Shown piece after piece: positions 12,270 to 25,614 of a DNA stretch of 64,000 nt. The number at the start of each line of letters is the position of its first letter. Position 1 is the stretch's first letter. This stretch comes from Balanoglossus misakiensis (Eukaryota > Animalia > Hemichordata): positions 17,892,303 through 17,956,302 of the forward strand of contig CM082577.2 in NCBI GenBank assembly GCA_040954595.2. Reading direction: 5' to 3'. The position numbers and the translations under genes were made by a program. The notes below the pieces were generated by a model, which saw only the letters and a program-made list of their open reading frames with translations, made no database searches and was not told the origin of the DNA.

Positions 12270-13693
12270 GTAAGAATATGTCTTCAACCTTAATGCTTTT
12301 TTTCTTGCTTGACATATAAAACATTGGAGGGAATGGTCATTGCTTTGGTCTGGGGAGTGAGTGGAGTCACCATATGTTGGAAATGCTCAATCAGGGATCA
12401 GTGTGTTTGTGATTATAGATGATGAGGACATATTTCATATCACATCAGACCACAATCACCTCAAATGCATTTGTGATAAAACACAGCTGTGAATTTCACC
12501 TCTAATAAAATTTGTCTCTTCCATTCACCAGTTGCACTTCCTGGTTAATATGGTTACTTGAAAAGTGGTGGCTTCATACCTTTCTATTGACATCACATAA
12601 TACATGTAATATTAATGTACTGTACTGTATTTCTCTGCATAGAGCCCAGGGAACCGTGCATGTAATTTGTTTGAAATGAAATGGGACAATTTCTTTATTA
12701 ACAACTAAAATTTATCCATTTTTCATATCCAAATGATTTGAAAATACAAAAAAAAGAAAAAAAGAATTGCAAACAAACCTCATTGTTTTGTACTTAAAGG
12801 CGGAACACTCGGTAGGGCCCTACCGAGCAAAAATCAATAAAATGTGGGCGTTGCTAAAGCTCTGATGCCACTATATATTGTTACAACAATTGACCTCTCA
12901 CCTCCGAAATGGAACACGCACTCAAAATGTAAACATCTGCACGTGTTTACTTTTCATACACGATACAGTACTTCCAACCATTTTTCCCACAGTTTAGTTT
13001 TGAATACGGTCGTTTTTCGAACTCATACTAGCCCAGCTTCCTTTTCATATTTCTTTGTCTCATGCATTCACTGCTGTCGGACGGGTAGGTCCCCCTGCGG
13101 CGATTCACTTGGCTCCGATCGCAAGTTGAATCTCTGATGGGTCGAGTAGGTGGACCAGCTGGACGCTGATGATTATTTGCTTCAACGGCCTTAGTTTGCA
13201 TCATGATTTGCAGACTTTTGTTGTTATATGATTATAATTTCTTATTATTAGAACGGAACTTTTGATATTGTGATGACTTGCATGCGATAAATTTACTACC
13301 AAATATTGGCGCAAAAGTGTGAGTAGAATTGCAACATTTTAACAAAACTTCGTACGGGTTCATTTCACCATGCATGGTAGGTGAAAAGAATTTTTTTTCT
13401 GCCGATTTTTAAATCATAACATTAAAATACAACTGAGAAAAACCACGTTCTGCCAATTAATACGATAAGTTTCCAATATTAAATCACTAAAAACTTGTCG
13501 AAATTACGACTTTGTAAATTCTCAAAGCATACGTTTCACTGTTCTTCCCTCCCTAAAATGGTAAATTCTTTTATTTCGCTACTTCGACTTCAAATGGGGA
13601 TCCCGCGCCCGCCAAAAGCAAACACATTTCTTTACCCACGCGATCCAGCTAGTTCTTACGTACCCGCGGAACCTGTTGTCAACTGAATCTATC

Positions 13694-14077
13694 ATGTCGA
13701 CACGAATTATCAAGATAGTGGTCACTGAAGAGCAGGAGAAAGCACTGGCAATTTTCTCTGCCATGAATGAATGGGAGCTTTTCGGTCATCGACCGGCGGG
13801 GGCACATAAGTTCACCTGGCTGCCGCGGAAGTTAGTACCGTGCGTGGTATCGGCTACCGGCGAGTTTGATGCGGGGGACACTGCCGGTCTATCAGATGCA
13901 GCAGCCGTCGAAGTAAACACCGAGTCCATGAGAACATCGGCTTACGGAGATTCGGTCAACTCCTGTGAATGTTGTGTTTGTTCGCAATGTGTTACCACAC
14001 ATAGGCAGTCTTGGTTAGTCCGTGGTCTCAACCCGAATTTACCCGGTGTTTCTTACGTTGGGCATAAATGGCACTGA
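13694..14077 (+). pseudogene. KolX / P2X7-ballast-like accessory ORF remnant of the Kolobok element
   Basis: CECCVCSQCVT cluster and C-terminal VRGLNPNLPGVSYVGHKW resemble the Cys cluster and the 'IR..FP.P.G.Y.G' end of P2X7-ballast/KolX proteins. The middle appears to be missing. Recognition from memory only. Confidence 0.45.
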
Positions 14078-14264
14078 TGAGGCTTTCCCCTCTTCACTTT
14101 GTACGGTTGGTACACAAATACAAACGGTCCTTTTCAGGACCAACACAATTTCCAAGAAGAGAACTACCGATTTTATGGATGTGTGCATGTTCATGTGTTA
14201 TAAATTTGGTATGATCATATCCCCATTTTCAGGTCACGCACACTTTGCAATCAACGCCACAATG

Positions 14265-15356
14265 CACTCTCCCTGATCCCTATATATGGAAGTGCTCGTT
14301 AATATTTAATGATGAAAGCGCCCTCGAGGTCAGACAAGATTTTGACCAATCAGAAAGCAGCTATTACGCTCGTAGTGTACAAGTACTTTGTCTTTTTATA
14401 TACCCCATGTTTCTCACTTTGTAAAACGAAATTCTGTCGGCTAAAAAAACTTGCCCGCTGGCATATCGATTCTTTGACCCCGAAGCAACAAGTTTACCAT
14501 TGCGATTGGATTTTCACCGTTGTTTTGAGGTTTGAGGCCGTCGTGAATCTCGGCGTACGTGGCCATGGGTCCAGCCAAGCACGAAGACATTTCTCCAGGA
14601 ATCACATCAGGTAGTGATACCGCAAAATGGGGACTTATGGCGTCAATTTTGTTAGTCATTGTGGTGATAGGCGTCGGGCATCGGAACATGGGTGGACGAT
14701 ATACACACAAGTGCGCCAATCCGTACCATGAAGCATGGACAGAGCATCTGCGCTTACTGCACAGATATGTTTTTGGAAGGAAGGAATAGTCCTTAAGCCA
14801 TGCAAACCAGGTACTGATCGATGAAGTGTCAATGATGTCGACATCACACTGAATAAACCCAATTGACGAACTATATAAACCAATGAAAAATATCGGCGAG
14901 AATTTTATGAAGTACGTTTTCCGTGTCTCCTCTGTTTTACATGCGTTCATCTTGTAGACATCGATCGTACACAGTTTTACTTCATGTCAATGACGTTGAT
15001 CTAGACTACTACACGTGTATTGACACAGAAGGTCGGGTGCCGCTCCGTGCATGAAAACTTTGCTTGTTATTGACAGCTAACATTTATCTAAAATTGCCAA
15101 TGAGGGCTTGATCAAAGACAATAAAATAACAATGAAAACCGCTTTCCTGAATATCAGCAATCAGATCAGAAAGACGGAGAAGAAACAGTGCACAAACACA
15201 TTAAAACGTCGCGCGGCACTTGCAGTTGACTTCAGGTCATCTGACTACTCATTAATATGCGCATGCATCTGATTGGTCACTTCAGTAAACTTTCAGCAAC
15301 ATTGACCCTATATGAATATTAATGAGCACTTCCATATATAGGGATCGGGGAGAGTG
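14265..15356. mobile_element. CAC-ended element with 5-bp TSD (Transib/RAG-like signature), nested in Kolobok
   Basis: TIR of about 42 bp, cactctccc(t/c)gatccctatatatggaagtgctc(g/a)ttaatatt. CAATG is duplicated at 14260-14264 and 15357-15361. Confidence 0.7.
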
Positions 15357-16168
15357 CAATGTATCAATGGTGTCCAATTTTGATTTGCATAATACGTCAA
15401 TCACGCAGATTCAAACTGAACATCGTACCGATATACCGGTCATATCTTGGGGACAAAATGATTTCATCTTCGGTTTTCGAAAGTATTTTCAAATTGTATT
15501 GCACCAGAAACCGCGGATGTCGTGCTAAATAAACTCATGCACTCCTTTTTGAATTTAGAGACAAAAAAAAATCATCGGTAGACCTAAATTTACTGTCTAT
15601 TATGGACAGCGTCCGTTCTGTTGTTAGTGAGTTTGAATCTCCCACCATTATGCCAACTCTCGCGCTTTTATACGGGAGTTCCGCCTTTAAGAAGTCAAAC
15701 ATGTCAATGCTTTAGTTTCTACAATTAGAACAAGATCTACTGAGTAAAAACAAGTCTGGGTTCTTGTCAGAATGTATAATTCACAATAAATAGGGGTGTG
15801 TACTTTGCCTGAGCAATGGCCCTAACAAGGAGAAATACAGTATTTCTTTCAACACTGTTATACTTTATATGAATATATTCATTTAACAGGGCATTTTAAA
15901 TTATGAAATAGCAGCAGCTTATGAAAGGGCAAGCCCCTTCCAGACCACTCTCACCTACCACTATCTGCACAATTTTGTGGAACTCATAGTTTGAAAAACA
16001 TCTCACCGAATGGAATGAGTTTTAAAATATTGAATGTTTGGATGATTTCTAGAACTGGGTCAATTATGGTGAGTGTAGCTTTACTACTCATTAAGCAATT
16101 CTAAATCTTTAATTCATGAAGCTCTAGTAAACTCTAGTAACTCTAAGTTTTGGCTATATTTTCTTTCA

Positions 16169-17264
16169 TTTTTAGGGCTGTGAGGTCCCATTGGTATGTA
16201 CCATGGGACCTTATGGGATCTGTTGCGTCTGTATGTATGTATGTATCATTGTATGGATGGATGGATGGATGGATGGATGGATGTCCGTCCACATCAAAAA
16301 CTTGAAAACCGCTGCGCGTATGACCTCGATATTTGGTGTGTAGATGAAGGCAGGGCTGTAGATGGGAGTTTGTTCAAACGAAGTTGTCATTGCCAAAAAT
16401 ATGCAAATTAGCTGGGAAAATGTGAAAATGGTCAAAACTCAAAAACTCGACAACCACTAGTCATATTGATTTGAAAATTGGTATGCATGTACCTTATGTC
16501 AACCTCATACAGTCCTGTATGTTTTGAGCTAATATTATCGATTTCCTATTTTTTATGCATTTTTTTGTATTTTTCCATGTTATTGGTAAAAAGTCTTCAT
16601 TTCTGAAAGTGATGAGCTTACTTCTTTGAAATTTAGTATGAAGATTCCTAATGGTTGTCTGAGTAACCATAGTTTTGTTCAAATTGTTGCAAAATTTGCA
16701 TATTTATAATTTTGAGCAATATTTGCCATTTTTGGTCAACAAATTTTTTCTTTAAAACTGCATGCCAGATTGCTTTGCAATTTGGTAGGCATGTTCGTAG
16801 GGGTAACCTAAGTAATATGTTGTAAAAATGTGATATTTGCATAAATGTGTTATCGGGGAAACTTTTGCAATTTTTGTCAAAAATTGTTTTCTGAAACGGC
16901 TTGACATGTTTACATAACTTAAAATTAAAATAGGCCAGCTGTTACAGAGACCACCACCTATTACATTTTTAATTACCAGTGGCAGGTCAGTGTGTGTCTG
17001 TTCCAGGGCTGACTGAAAGAAGTTGCTTCTCATATGTGTTTGTACAGACAATTTTTGGTCAATTTTTTTTTCTAGCACCACTTGTAAGACTGCCATGACA
17101 CATGACAGTTTATTGGGCATGTTCCTTGTTAATTTTTTTACATTCCATATTTCTATATGGTAAGATCATATCTGCTTGCAATGTCACCTGTAATTTTTAT
17201 TCTGGTGTGTCAATGTTTCCGCATAATCCTCAAATGGGACCACAGTGTTCTTGACGCTATTTTT
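16169..17264 (+). mobile_element. Helentron-associated (HINE-like) element, family H
   Basis: 5' hairpin ggtcccattggta-tg-taccatgggacc, then a (gtat/ggat)n microsatellite, and 3' aatgggaccacagtgt(c/t)cttgacgctatttt. T-rich flanks. Near-identical copies at 46051 and 58558. Confidence 0.75.
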
Positions 17265-18580
17265 TAATTTTTTGTTCCATGTACATTCTTGAGAAGACAG
17301 ATTTCATCTATTCTCATGTTATTTGACACTAATTAGCACAATTATTGCATATGTACATTATTCTGTGGTTCACTACTACATAACTTTGGTATTGCCTCTC
17401 ATTACTGTGAGAGTGAAGAAAAATAGTCCCTTTCAAAATTCAATTTTTCGGAGCATTTGTTGAATAAACTATTGACAAGCAAGTTCTATTTTACACTTGG
17501 ATAGTTTTGTTCTTGATATTTACAACAAACCCCACGTATAACATGTCAAACCTTACATACATGTATAGAGAGAATTGAGATTATTAAAATCCATGAAATA
17601 AATATGCAAATTAGTCACGTGGCCATTAAATAAATTTTGTTGGTATCTCATGGCTATTTATGCAAATAAGTAAGCAAGTGGGACTACGTTGTGTTTGTAA
17701 ACATCGAAAGCCAAGAAAGCTACAGCTAACTTATGATCGCGGAAATGTGGGAATTTTATAACATTCTGGCATGTCATTTAATTATCCTTCCCAACCTTTG
17801 TCAGAATAATAAAACATTTAGTAGTCAGTATGTTTGGGAAACATTGAAAATTACGAAAATCTCTCGCTATCGCTAGTGATTCAAAATTTACCGCTGCGAT
17901 CTCACGACCTCAGCTGAACCACTGATGAAATGACCTGACCTTGCCCTACGTGGCATAACAAAGGTTGCGTCATTTTGTCCAATGAGCAGCCGTCTCTGGG
18001 TTGCATAGCCTGTGGCGCATTACTGTAATGAAAATCGATACGCCGCTATCGAAACTTCGATTTTTGTCAAATCTGCAAAAACATATGCGCTTGCGACAAT
18101 ACAGTGGCAGAATACACCGCATCACTCATGAAAATAATTTCTGTACGGCACAGATCGCATGCAGAGGTCATGAAATCGCCAGCAATCAGTATAAGTGTTA
18201 ATTGATTGCGTCTGTACCTGAAACTTACGGCAGAAGACCAGACACTGGTCACAAGTGAAAACAATAGCGTCACGTTCATAGATGATAGCATAGCTTAGTA
18301 GGTACATGTAATCTTTTTAGAATTTGATCAGAAGCCATCAGAAAAAGTTGTTGGTGAAAATGGAAGTGTTCAGTAGAGGCTGAAGGAGATAGCATCATGG
18401 CAAGATCAGTTGTGTCAGAAAGTATAGTGTCTGGGCCCCCAGCACCTTAATGGCCTGTGGAGAAACCTGATATGGTATAAACGAGACCTGATGACAAATT
18501 CTTTTGGCAAGTCACACTTTTAGAAAATTACAATTAATTGAGAGTAATGATCCTGTAATATTGGTCAACTTTCTTTAAAG

Positions 18581-18934
18581 GTTCTCCTGAATATGTTGGA
18601 ATTTGGCATGGATCCACAGACAGCACTAGACCAGCCCCGGTTTTGTATCCAGACCTTCACTCCAGCCACTCAGAAGATATTAGTGGAAGATGGCATCCCA
18701 GATTCAACCAGACAAGAACTAGCTGCCATGGGTCACATCATTCAAGGACCAATAACTGACACTGAACGATCAGTATTTGGAAGGGGCCAAATCATCACAA
18801 AAGGAGCATGGTGGTTGGATGCCCGAAGAGAGGAAGAGAAAGTGTTTTTTCAAGATAATAAGAAAGTCTACTGGGTTGGATCTGATCCCAGAGCTGATGG
18901 CATGGCTGGCTTTGCATTGTCTGCCTCATATTAG
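18581..18934 (+). CDS. GGT (YwrD-like), exon 9 (last coding exon)
   Basis: VLLNMLEFGMDPQTALDQPRF..FGRGQII..GSDPRADGMA..SASY*. The nine exons sum to 1716 nt (571 aa). AATAAA near 19316-19325. Confidence 0.95.
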   Translation, partial: VLLNMLEFGMDPQTALDQPRFCIQTFTPATQKILVEDGIPDSTRQELAAMGHIIQGPITDTERSVFGRGQIITKGAWWLDARREEEKVFFQDNKKVYWVGSDPRADGMAGFALSASY

Positions 18935-20389
18935 AGCTGCTCAATGAAGAACAAATTCTTGACACCTGCAGAAAAGTGTAAAAAACAGTTACAATTTCAT
19001 GAATAGCATCACTATAAAGGCATCTTGACCTGTGAACTTTTGACGGATAGCAAAATCTCAGAATATGACATTTGTATGTCAATTTAGGGACAAATTTCAC
19101 ACTATGAGACTTTTTCCAAAACTTACATAAATATAAATATATCTTGGCTGAGCAGGAATTGTATCATATTTTCATATGCGCTTCTATACATATGGTTGGA
19201 CTGAAACTTATGTTTGTTGAAATAGTTAGTATATGTTTTTTTAATGTTCTGAGTGGTTTTTCTTACCATTGAAATCAGAGGTCTATGGACAGATTTAGTT
19301 CGGAATATTAAGTGAAATAAATAAAATGTCTGTGTTAAATACATGTACCTCCAAATGTAGACCCCGATCCATAAGCTTCCTGGACTTGCCTCTGTGGGGG
19401 ATAGACTTGTTCAAGTCTATGGGCTTCATTTTTTTCATAATACAATGTAAATACAAATGTAGATTTTAAAAAATGGTCTGAGTGATCTAAAGAACATGTG
19501 ATGATGCTCTTTTTTTAGTGTGTGCCACCCACTGAAAAATTGTGATTGGCTAAATCTCAATTTCCCATGGTAACTGCAGCTCACTTACATGTACATACAT
19601 GTAGGTGATCCTGTACTTTCATGCACAAGTTTTATATTTATCAAGTAGAGGCCAAGATTTGAATCTGCTGCCATAGTTCCACCTGATTGATTAAAATCAG
19701 ATGTAGAGTTGGCTGGATCTTTATATTTGCTGGTTCTTTGCTGTTCTGTCCTCACATTCTCCCCCCTCCCCCTCTACACACAGACACACACCATTTTTGC
19801 AGAAACAAACACTTCTAGAAAAAAAATTTACTGAAAAATTTACTAAATCCTACAACACATGTACATATCAAAATAATGCAGAGAACAGAGAAAGCAAGGA
19901 AATTTGAAACAGCAGTACTGACAGAACACACGGCCAGAAAGTATTATGCAGACACCAGCTGCATTTTTGTTCCTATTACATTTTTTTAAAGATTGCTTGC
20001 CAAGGGTTTGCACATGTTGCTATATTACATATCATATGAGTGGCATTTGGACCATTTTAAAGAAACTATGGATATTGTTAATCAGAGATAGTGGCATAAC
20101 AGCTGTACCGTGGGGGTGGGGATATACTGATTTTCTCACGAACAGATGCTGGCCAACCCCTAATAACAAACTGAGCAGTTTCATTGACCCAACTTAGGTC
20201 AGAACATCGAACGGCTAAAGAAAACTAAGTGAGCATAATTCAATAAAACGACCTGAACTCTGATTATTTCTGGTTCCAAAACTCTTTTCATGAAAAATCG
20301 CGTCAAGGACACGGTGGTCCCATTTAGGGATTACACAAGAAAAAGTCTAAACCGGAGTATATATATAGACACCCACAAGCTACTATTAA

Positions 20390-20882
20390 GGTTGCATTGC
20401 ATGAAACCGTAAATACTTTTTCAGAGGCTTATTTCTCATCAAAGACAACGTTAAAACCCCCATAAACCATATATATTCTGGAAGCCGAGTTTGTGAACTT
20501 TTGTTTGAGTTGCATATATTATTGATCCCCGATTCAATACAACTCTGATTCAATACAACTCATCGTGAATTTGATCAAATTTTCTAAAAAATATAACTTG
20601 CAAACGCTGTTACTCCTCAATGGAAGCAGATAACGCAAAACAAATTTGTAGTTTATTTGCACGTGTACTCTAGTTTCGGATGACATATTAAGATGCATCA
20701 TGCATGGTCAACTTTTTTACCTAATTTCAATTGAATGACATAATATCAAAAAATGTTATTTTTTAACCCAAAAACGCCACCATTTCCGGGGTTCAATAAA
20801 ATGTGCAACTCATGTATGGTTTGTTGTCTTTGATGAGAAATAGGCCTCTGAAAAAGTCTTGACGGTTTCGTGCAATGCCACC
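20390..20882. mobile_element. Kolobok-type MITE
   Basis: TTAA|ggt(t/g)gcattgca..gaaaccgt.. TIR of about 70 bp, ending ..gcaatgccacc|TTAA. Confidence 0.75.
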
Positions 20883-20984
20883 TTAAACAGCAGGTTGAAT
20901 CCAGGTATTTTCCCACATTGGGGGTGGGGACTACTCAAGTACGCAAGTTTTTATGCCAATGTCAACACCAGATGGTGACATTAA

Positions 20985-21228
20985 AGTGAAGGGGTCGTCG
21001 CGCCTCGTTTGTTTGTTTACAAACATTACAGTTCATCCACAAATCCCTGAAATTAAATAATTCTTAGAATGAACGAAGCAGCCAACCGTAGCGTAGACTG
21101 GGCATGACAGCAACTGAAGATCCTAGTACATGTAGTAGGTCGTGGCAACTGCAGTGAGGTTTGCGCTGGTATGGGAGGACATATTCTCATCAAGGGGGAC
21201 ACCCACGCGGCGTGACGACCACATCCCT
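20985..21228. mobile_element. Kolobok-type MITE (copy 2 of the 4046 family)
   Basis: Reverse complement of 4046-4274 with TTAA on both sides. Confidence 0.75.
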
Positions 21229-23153
21229 TTAAAAGTAAACATGGCTAATTGGTAACTTTTAGACTTTTTTAAGATCATTGATTGTGACCTTTGCATGCAT
21301 GGGTTTTCAAAGAACTTTGTTTGAATGATTTGACAGGGTATGACATATCAAAATAATAGTGTTAATTTTAACAGCCGTTGTTTCAAAAACTGGAGTGCAT
21401 ACAGATTTCTTTTGTCCACAACCTTGTTAACAATAACATGCTGTTGAATTTACACACCATATCCCGTTGAGTAGCTTAGGAAAACTACTATTTTGTCAAA
21501 TTAACTATTTCAAGCCTTTGCATGCATGTACATGTTCTATGAACTCACAAAGAAGTCCTTTCAAACACACTCGTTTTTTTTTACATTCTCTTGGATACTT
21601 CATGGTATTTTACTATGGAAGCCTATTACTCTCAGAACCGGCTTGTCGAACTTCCAGAATAGGGGTTTCCTCTCATCTTGGCAATCCATCAAAGAACTAG
21701 GGACACCCTGTTATAATGTAATTAATGTATTACTGACAAGAAATTTGACAAAAGTACGCAACAATATACTGCTTACTTTAATACTAGATTAGATTTGTAA
21801 ATTTGTTGGCAAATTGACCATGTCATTGCCAACATTAATTGACTTGGCAGCAACATCTACAGACAAACAGAACAAATCGCACAGCAAGATGTGTGGAAAC
21901 CAATTTATTACACATCACCAGTGAACCAATAGCTGCTGATAAGAGTGCTATAAAGTAAGCAACACATTGCTATGTATTGCCTTCAAATTTCTTGCTACAT
22001 TCTCAGTAAAAAGATGTTGTCTTTCCATTGCATGGCCCTTTTTAAAGAGCTTTTTTTACATATCTCTGGAATGAGTCTGACTGTCTCCCCACAAAGTGTT
22101 GATTTTTTCACACCATTTAGTAAGAAATTTAACTTTCGCTCTAGCCTATTCAACCACCTCATGGAAAACAGAAATGACTGATTTATGGAATTGTCCCATA
22201 AAGAATGATGAGCAAAAGTCAGTGTGCAACTCTGATCCGTCAGTCAAATAGAATTAGCATTGACACCTCAATAACTGACAAGTTCTCTGTGGAGTTCACT
22301 TGGGCCAAAAGTCAGTAAATTCTTTGTTTGGCATCCATTTAATCTGATTACCGGTAAAATCAGCCAACCCTACACCTGATTTTAATCAGATTGGCGGCAA
22401 CACAAAATTTAAAGCTAAACAGTTATCAAATAGCCACAAAATTTTACACAGAACAATTAGCCACCATTTGACAGTTTTCTCCTGCTATTTGCATGTTCCT
22501 GTAGTGATTGACATTACCATTTACATAAATCACCAAATTGTTCAGTGGCTGTAAGATGACTGCATAAAGTATACAATATGAAAGTCATGGTTTAACAGTA
22601 TTTTTGTAACAATCTTGTCCATGAGCAAACTTTGTGTGTGTTTTGTCTCAAAAACCTATGTGCGCGTGCATACAAAACAAAGAATTTACTTACTTTGGCC
22701 TTATACAATTAAATCATGTAAACACAATACAAATATGGATTCCCCCACTTGACAACAAACTTTGTCTGTAGATTTTTAGGTACTGGACAGAATTACTAAA
22801 TGCACTTACGATATAACAAACTGGAATAAAGAAGACGACAGAACCTTTGGTGAAATGAAATATCTAAGGTACTGAAATTGCAGTCATGGAAACACTTTTG
22901 GATCATGGAAGTTAATAATAAAGCTGTTCCACAACTACATACATGAGGCATTATTTCACATCTTCGATCTATATATATTATATGTATATATATAAATATA
23001 TCATATACAGTAACTTCAACACAATGGAAGCTAATCAGAGTTGGTCATACCAATTTTACACCATTCATCACTTTTACATCGATCACTAATGTTTCTTAAT
23101 TTTGTACAAAATTAAAAAGATATTGTATTAACACTCTGGATTGTAAGCCAGCG

Positions 23154-23453
23154 TTATAATCGCTTCAAAGTCCTTTTCTTGTCTTTTTTCTTTTTTTCAA
23201 GTGACTTTTTATCGCCTGCATGTTTCTTGGCCACAGGCCCATTACTCGAATACTCTGAGGCAGCAGATGTTGAGGGACCTTCTCCTAATGTTGAGTCTTT
23301 AGTGTCTCTAGATGACTTAGGAGGGATTGCATGTATTTCAGTCATCATTTTGGCTCTAACTGAATAATCATCATATTGTTCAAGTAACAGTTTGCCAGCT
23401 TCTTCATTCAGCGCTGATTCCGGGTTAGGATAAATAAGTAAACATTTGATGGT
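23154..23453 (-). CDS. UBE2S: Ubiquitin-conjugating enzyme E2 S, exon 4 (last)
   Basis: [42 protein letters not shown]...[13 protein letters not shown]. The basic C-terminal tail is characteristic of UBE2S. Confidence 0.96.
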   Translation of the reverse strand, partial: TIKCLLIYPNPESALNEEAGKLLLEQYDDYSVRAKMMTEIHAIPPKSSRDTKDSTLGEGPSTSAASEYSSNGPVAKKHAGDKKSLEKKKKDKKRTLKRL

Positions 23454-23658
23454 CTGAAAATGAGGTAAAAATGAATATTAGGAAAACAAAATGAATCACA
23501 ATATAAAAAAGAAAGGTTATGAACTGCAAACAAGTTATTGCCAATGATCTACCAGTAGTCCCCACAGCACCTGTCCAATAAATTAAGAGAACACTGAAGG
23601 AAATCAGGGTGGAACATCAAGTCCAAGCATGTCTGCAATATTGCTTTGACATTGTTTC

Positions 23659-24660
23659 TTATTATATTATAGCTTTATCAATACCAGTGAATTTTGTGAC
23701 GTCATAGCTGTACATTATTACTGATAATGTAAAGTGATTCTGTGCCTGTGGACGCGCTCAAGAACAAGCCCGACGTGTACAATTTCTGAGTAAATAACGG
23801 AGGTTTTCACACAATGTGAACATATTAAGGGTTAAAAAAGAAATGCAAACTTACACAGAATAAATACGGCGATATTTATTAATTTCCAAACCTGACCTCG
23901 ACTGGCGATTAGTTTATATTTTTCTTCCTAACATGGTGCTACATATCTGCTCTTGAATCACGCGCAGTCAACATGGCTCGCTCACGCATATAAATCAAAC
24001 CTCTTGATGATGCTGGATTTGACATTCGTCATACAAACCGTGTACCATTTACCAAGCATGTCATGTCAAAGAAACTATACGTAAAAAGGTTATGCCGCAA
24101 GTGTCACTGTCTACGTGGTAAGGAGAAGGGCGAGTTTGTTTATTATGTATTGCAACCTTCCGAGCGCCCATATATGTGAACTCTCCTGAGAACGTAAACG
24201 AATCCAAATATTCCCCGAGTCCTCACCAAGATTTCACATAAATCAAAACTTTTTCAGATATTTTCAGCAGAACCCTTAAATGAATTTTCACATGCATTAA
24301 TAAACCTTCATTATTTTATTTCCTAATGTTTGAATATGATACTAGAAATGCACAGTACACAGATTGACCGCAATCACCTGATCTTTTGTTTACGTGTACG
24401 CCATTGCTCCGTTCTCGATCTCCGTGTCCGAGTCTGAATTTTTCGCACGTATAGTTTTTGAAGTCTGCAAATTCACTGGCATTGACAAAACTATAAAATA
24501 CATGTAATTAGAATAATGTACGCCCCAAAGACCCATAATGGACTCAAGCACATATTGTACTCCATTAATGTACTCGGCATTCGCCTCGCACATTACGTTT
24601 CACAATGTGTGCTTTCGTCCATTATGGGTCTTCGGGGCGTACATTATGCTCTAAATAATG
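23659..24660 (-). mobile_element. Hairpin-ended (Crypton-like) non-autonomous element, family B copy 1
   Basis: Terminal palindrome at 24513-24647 with loop ctcggcattcgcctcg and a subterminal IR of about 35 bp. An inverted copy lies at 54787-55784. Confidence 0.7.
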
Positions 24661-24847
24661 ATTATCTCCTAAGGCGTGTATGGCATTGCATGTATATTAT
24701 CATGCTATACATGTGTATAAAACCAGACGAAACTGGTTTAAGAATAACGCTGGACATGAAAATAACAAATTGATATGTCTACATCATTGTCACTCCTTGA
24801 ATGAACTTTCAATGGAATTACACATGTAGTTCAGGCAAATCTTCTTA

Positions 24848-25103
24848 AGGCTGCCGCACACGAGAGAAATTAGCTGAGCAAAAAGTCATTCGAGGAATTT
24901 TGCTCAGCAAGTTTCTCTCGTGTGCGGTGGTCTTGAGTAATTTTCCTCGCGAGGAAAAAAATATGAAACACGTTGAATATCGTGATCCGCGGCGCAAAAG
25001 TAAAAAGATCAGGAAAAATCGCCCGCACACGGAAGGAAACTTGCTGAGCAAAATTCCTCGAATGACTTTTTGCTCAGCTGATTTCTCTCGTGTGCGGCAG
25101 CCT
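24848..25103. mobile_element. PIF/Harbinger-type MITE
   Basis: TIR of about 68 bp, aggctgccgcacacgagagaaat..., with TTA TSD. Confidence 0.75.
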
Positions 25104-25614
25104 TTAAAGCCCCATGAGCTGCAACTTTTGCCAGTAATTGGTATGTTAAAAGTAAAATTGGCATGGACTTTCTTCAACTTTTCGAAAATTCTAAACGATT
25201 ACTCTTTGAGTGACAAAATCTACCACTTTGCTCCATTGCAGCTTTTATTTACTCACACATCAAAAAAAAAAATAAGAACTTTGTTGTTTTTAATATTCAA
25301 TACAACTACATGTACTGTAGACTGCAATATTCTATATATTGTGCAACTTATTTGATATCAATTGATCTCAGACGCAGTCGTGTTGGTATTCAAATTTTCA
25401 GTTGACGGGCAACGTGGTGCAGACAACGACACCATACCTGATACAGGTTACGTGTTTGGTGGTTCTAATGTATAAACATACTCAGAAAAACATTTACTTG
25501 ATGCTGCCATGTCGTTTGCCTATTACCTGGAAATGACAATGGTGTGGGTCTCATAGCCAGATGACGTGATAGACATTAAAGAATTAATTTACTTGTTTAT
25601 TATAATCTACTTAC

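Larger units (their letters stand above)
12798..15686. mobile_element. Kolobok-type DNA transposon (internally deleted) in GGT intron 8
   Basis: TTAA|aggcggaac ... gttccgcct|TTAA, i.e. TTAA TSD with RR..YY termini. The interior is CpG-richer and has a cysteine-rich ORF remnant. Confidence 0.75.

Noticed and set aside
14800-14850. VLIDEVSMMS, resembling a PIF1 helicase Walker B motif
   Set aside because: A stop follows within a few codons and no Walker A or other helicase motifs are nearby.
16196-17120. Recurrent ORFs (MNKTMVTQ.., MTTSFEQTP..) also found at 46 kb and 59 kb
   Set aside because: They recur only because they sit within the non-coding HINE repeat. No Rep or helicase motifs are present.
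4976-18934. Bacterial contamination or recent HGT as the explanation for the bacterial-type GGT
   Set aside because: The gene has eight canonical introns filled with host transposons and is flanked by metazoan genes.
24845-25355. ORFs with the repeated peptide LLSKIPRMTFCSA on both strands
   Set aside because: An artefact of MITE terminal inverted repeats.
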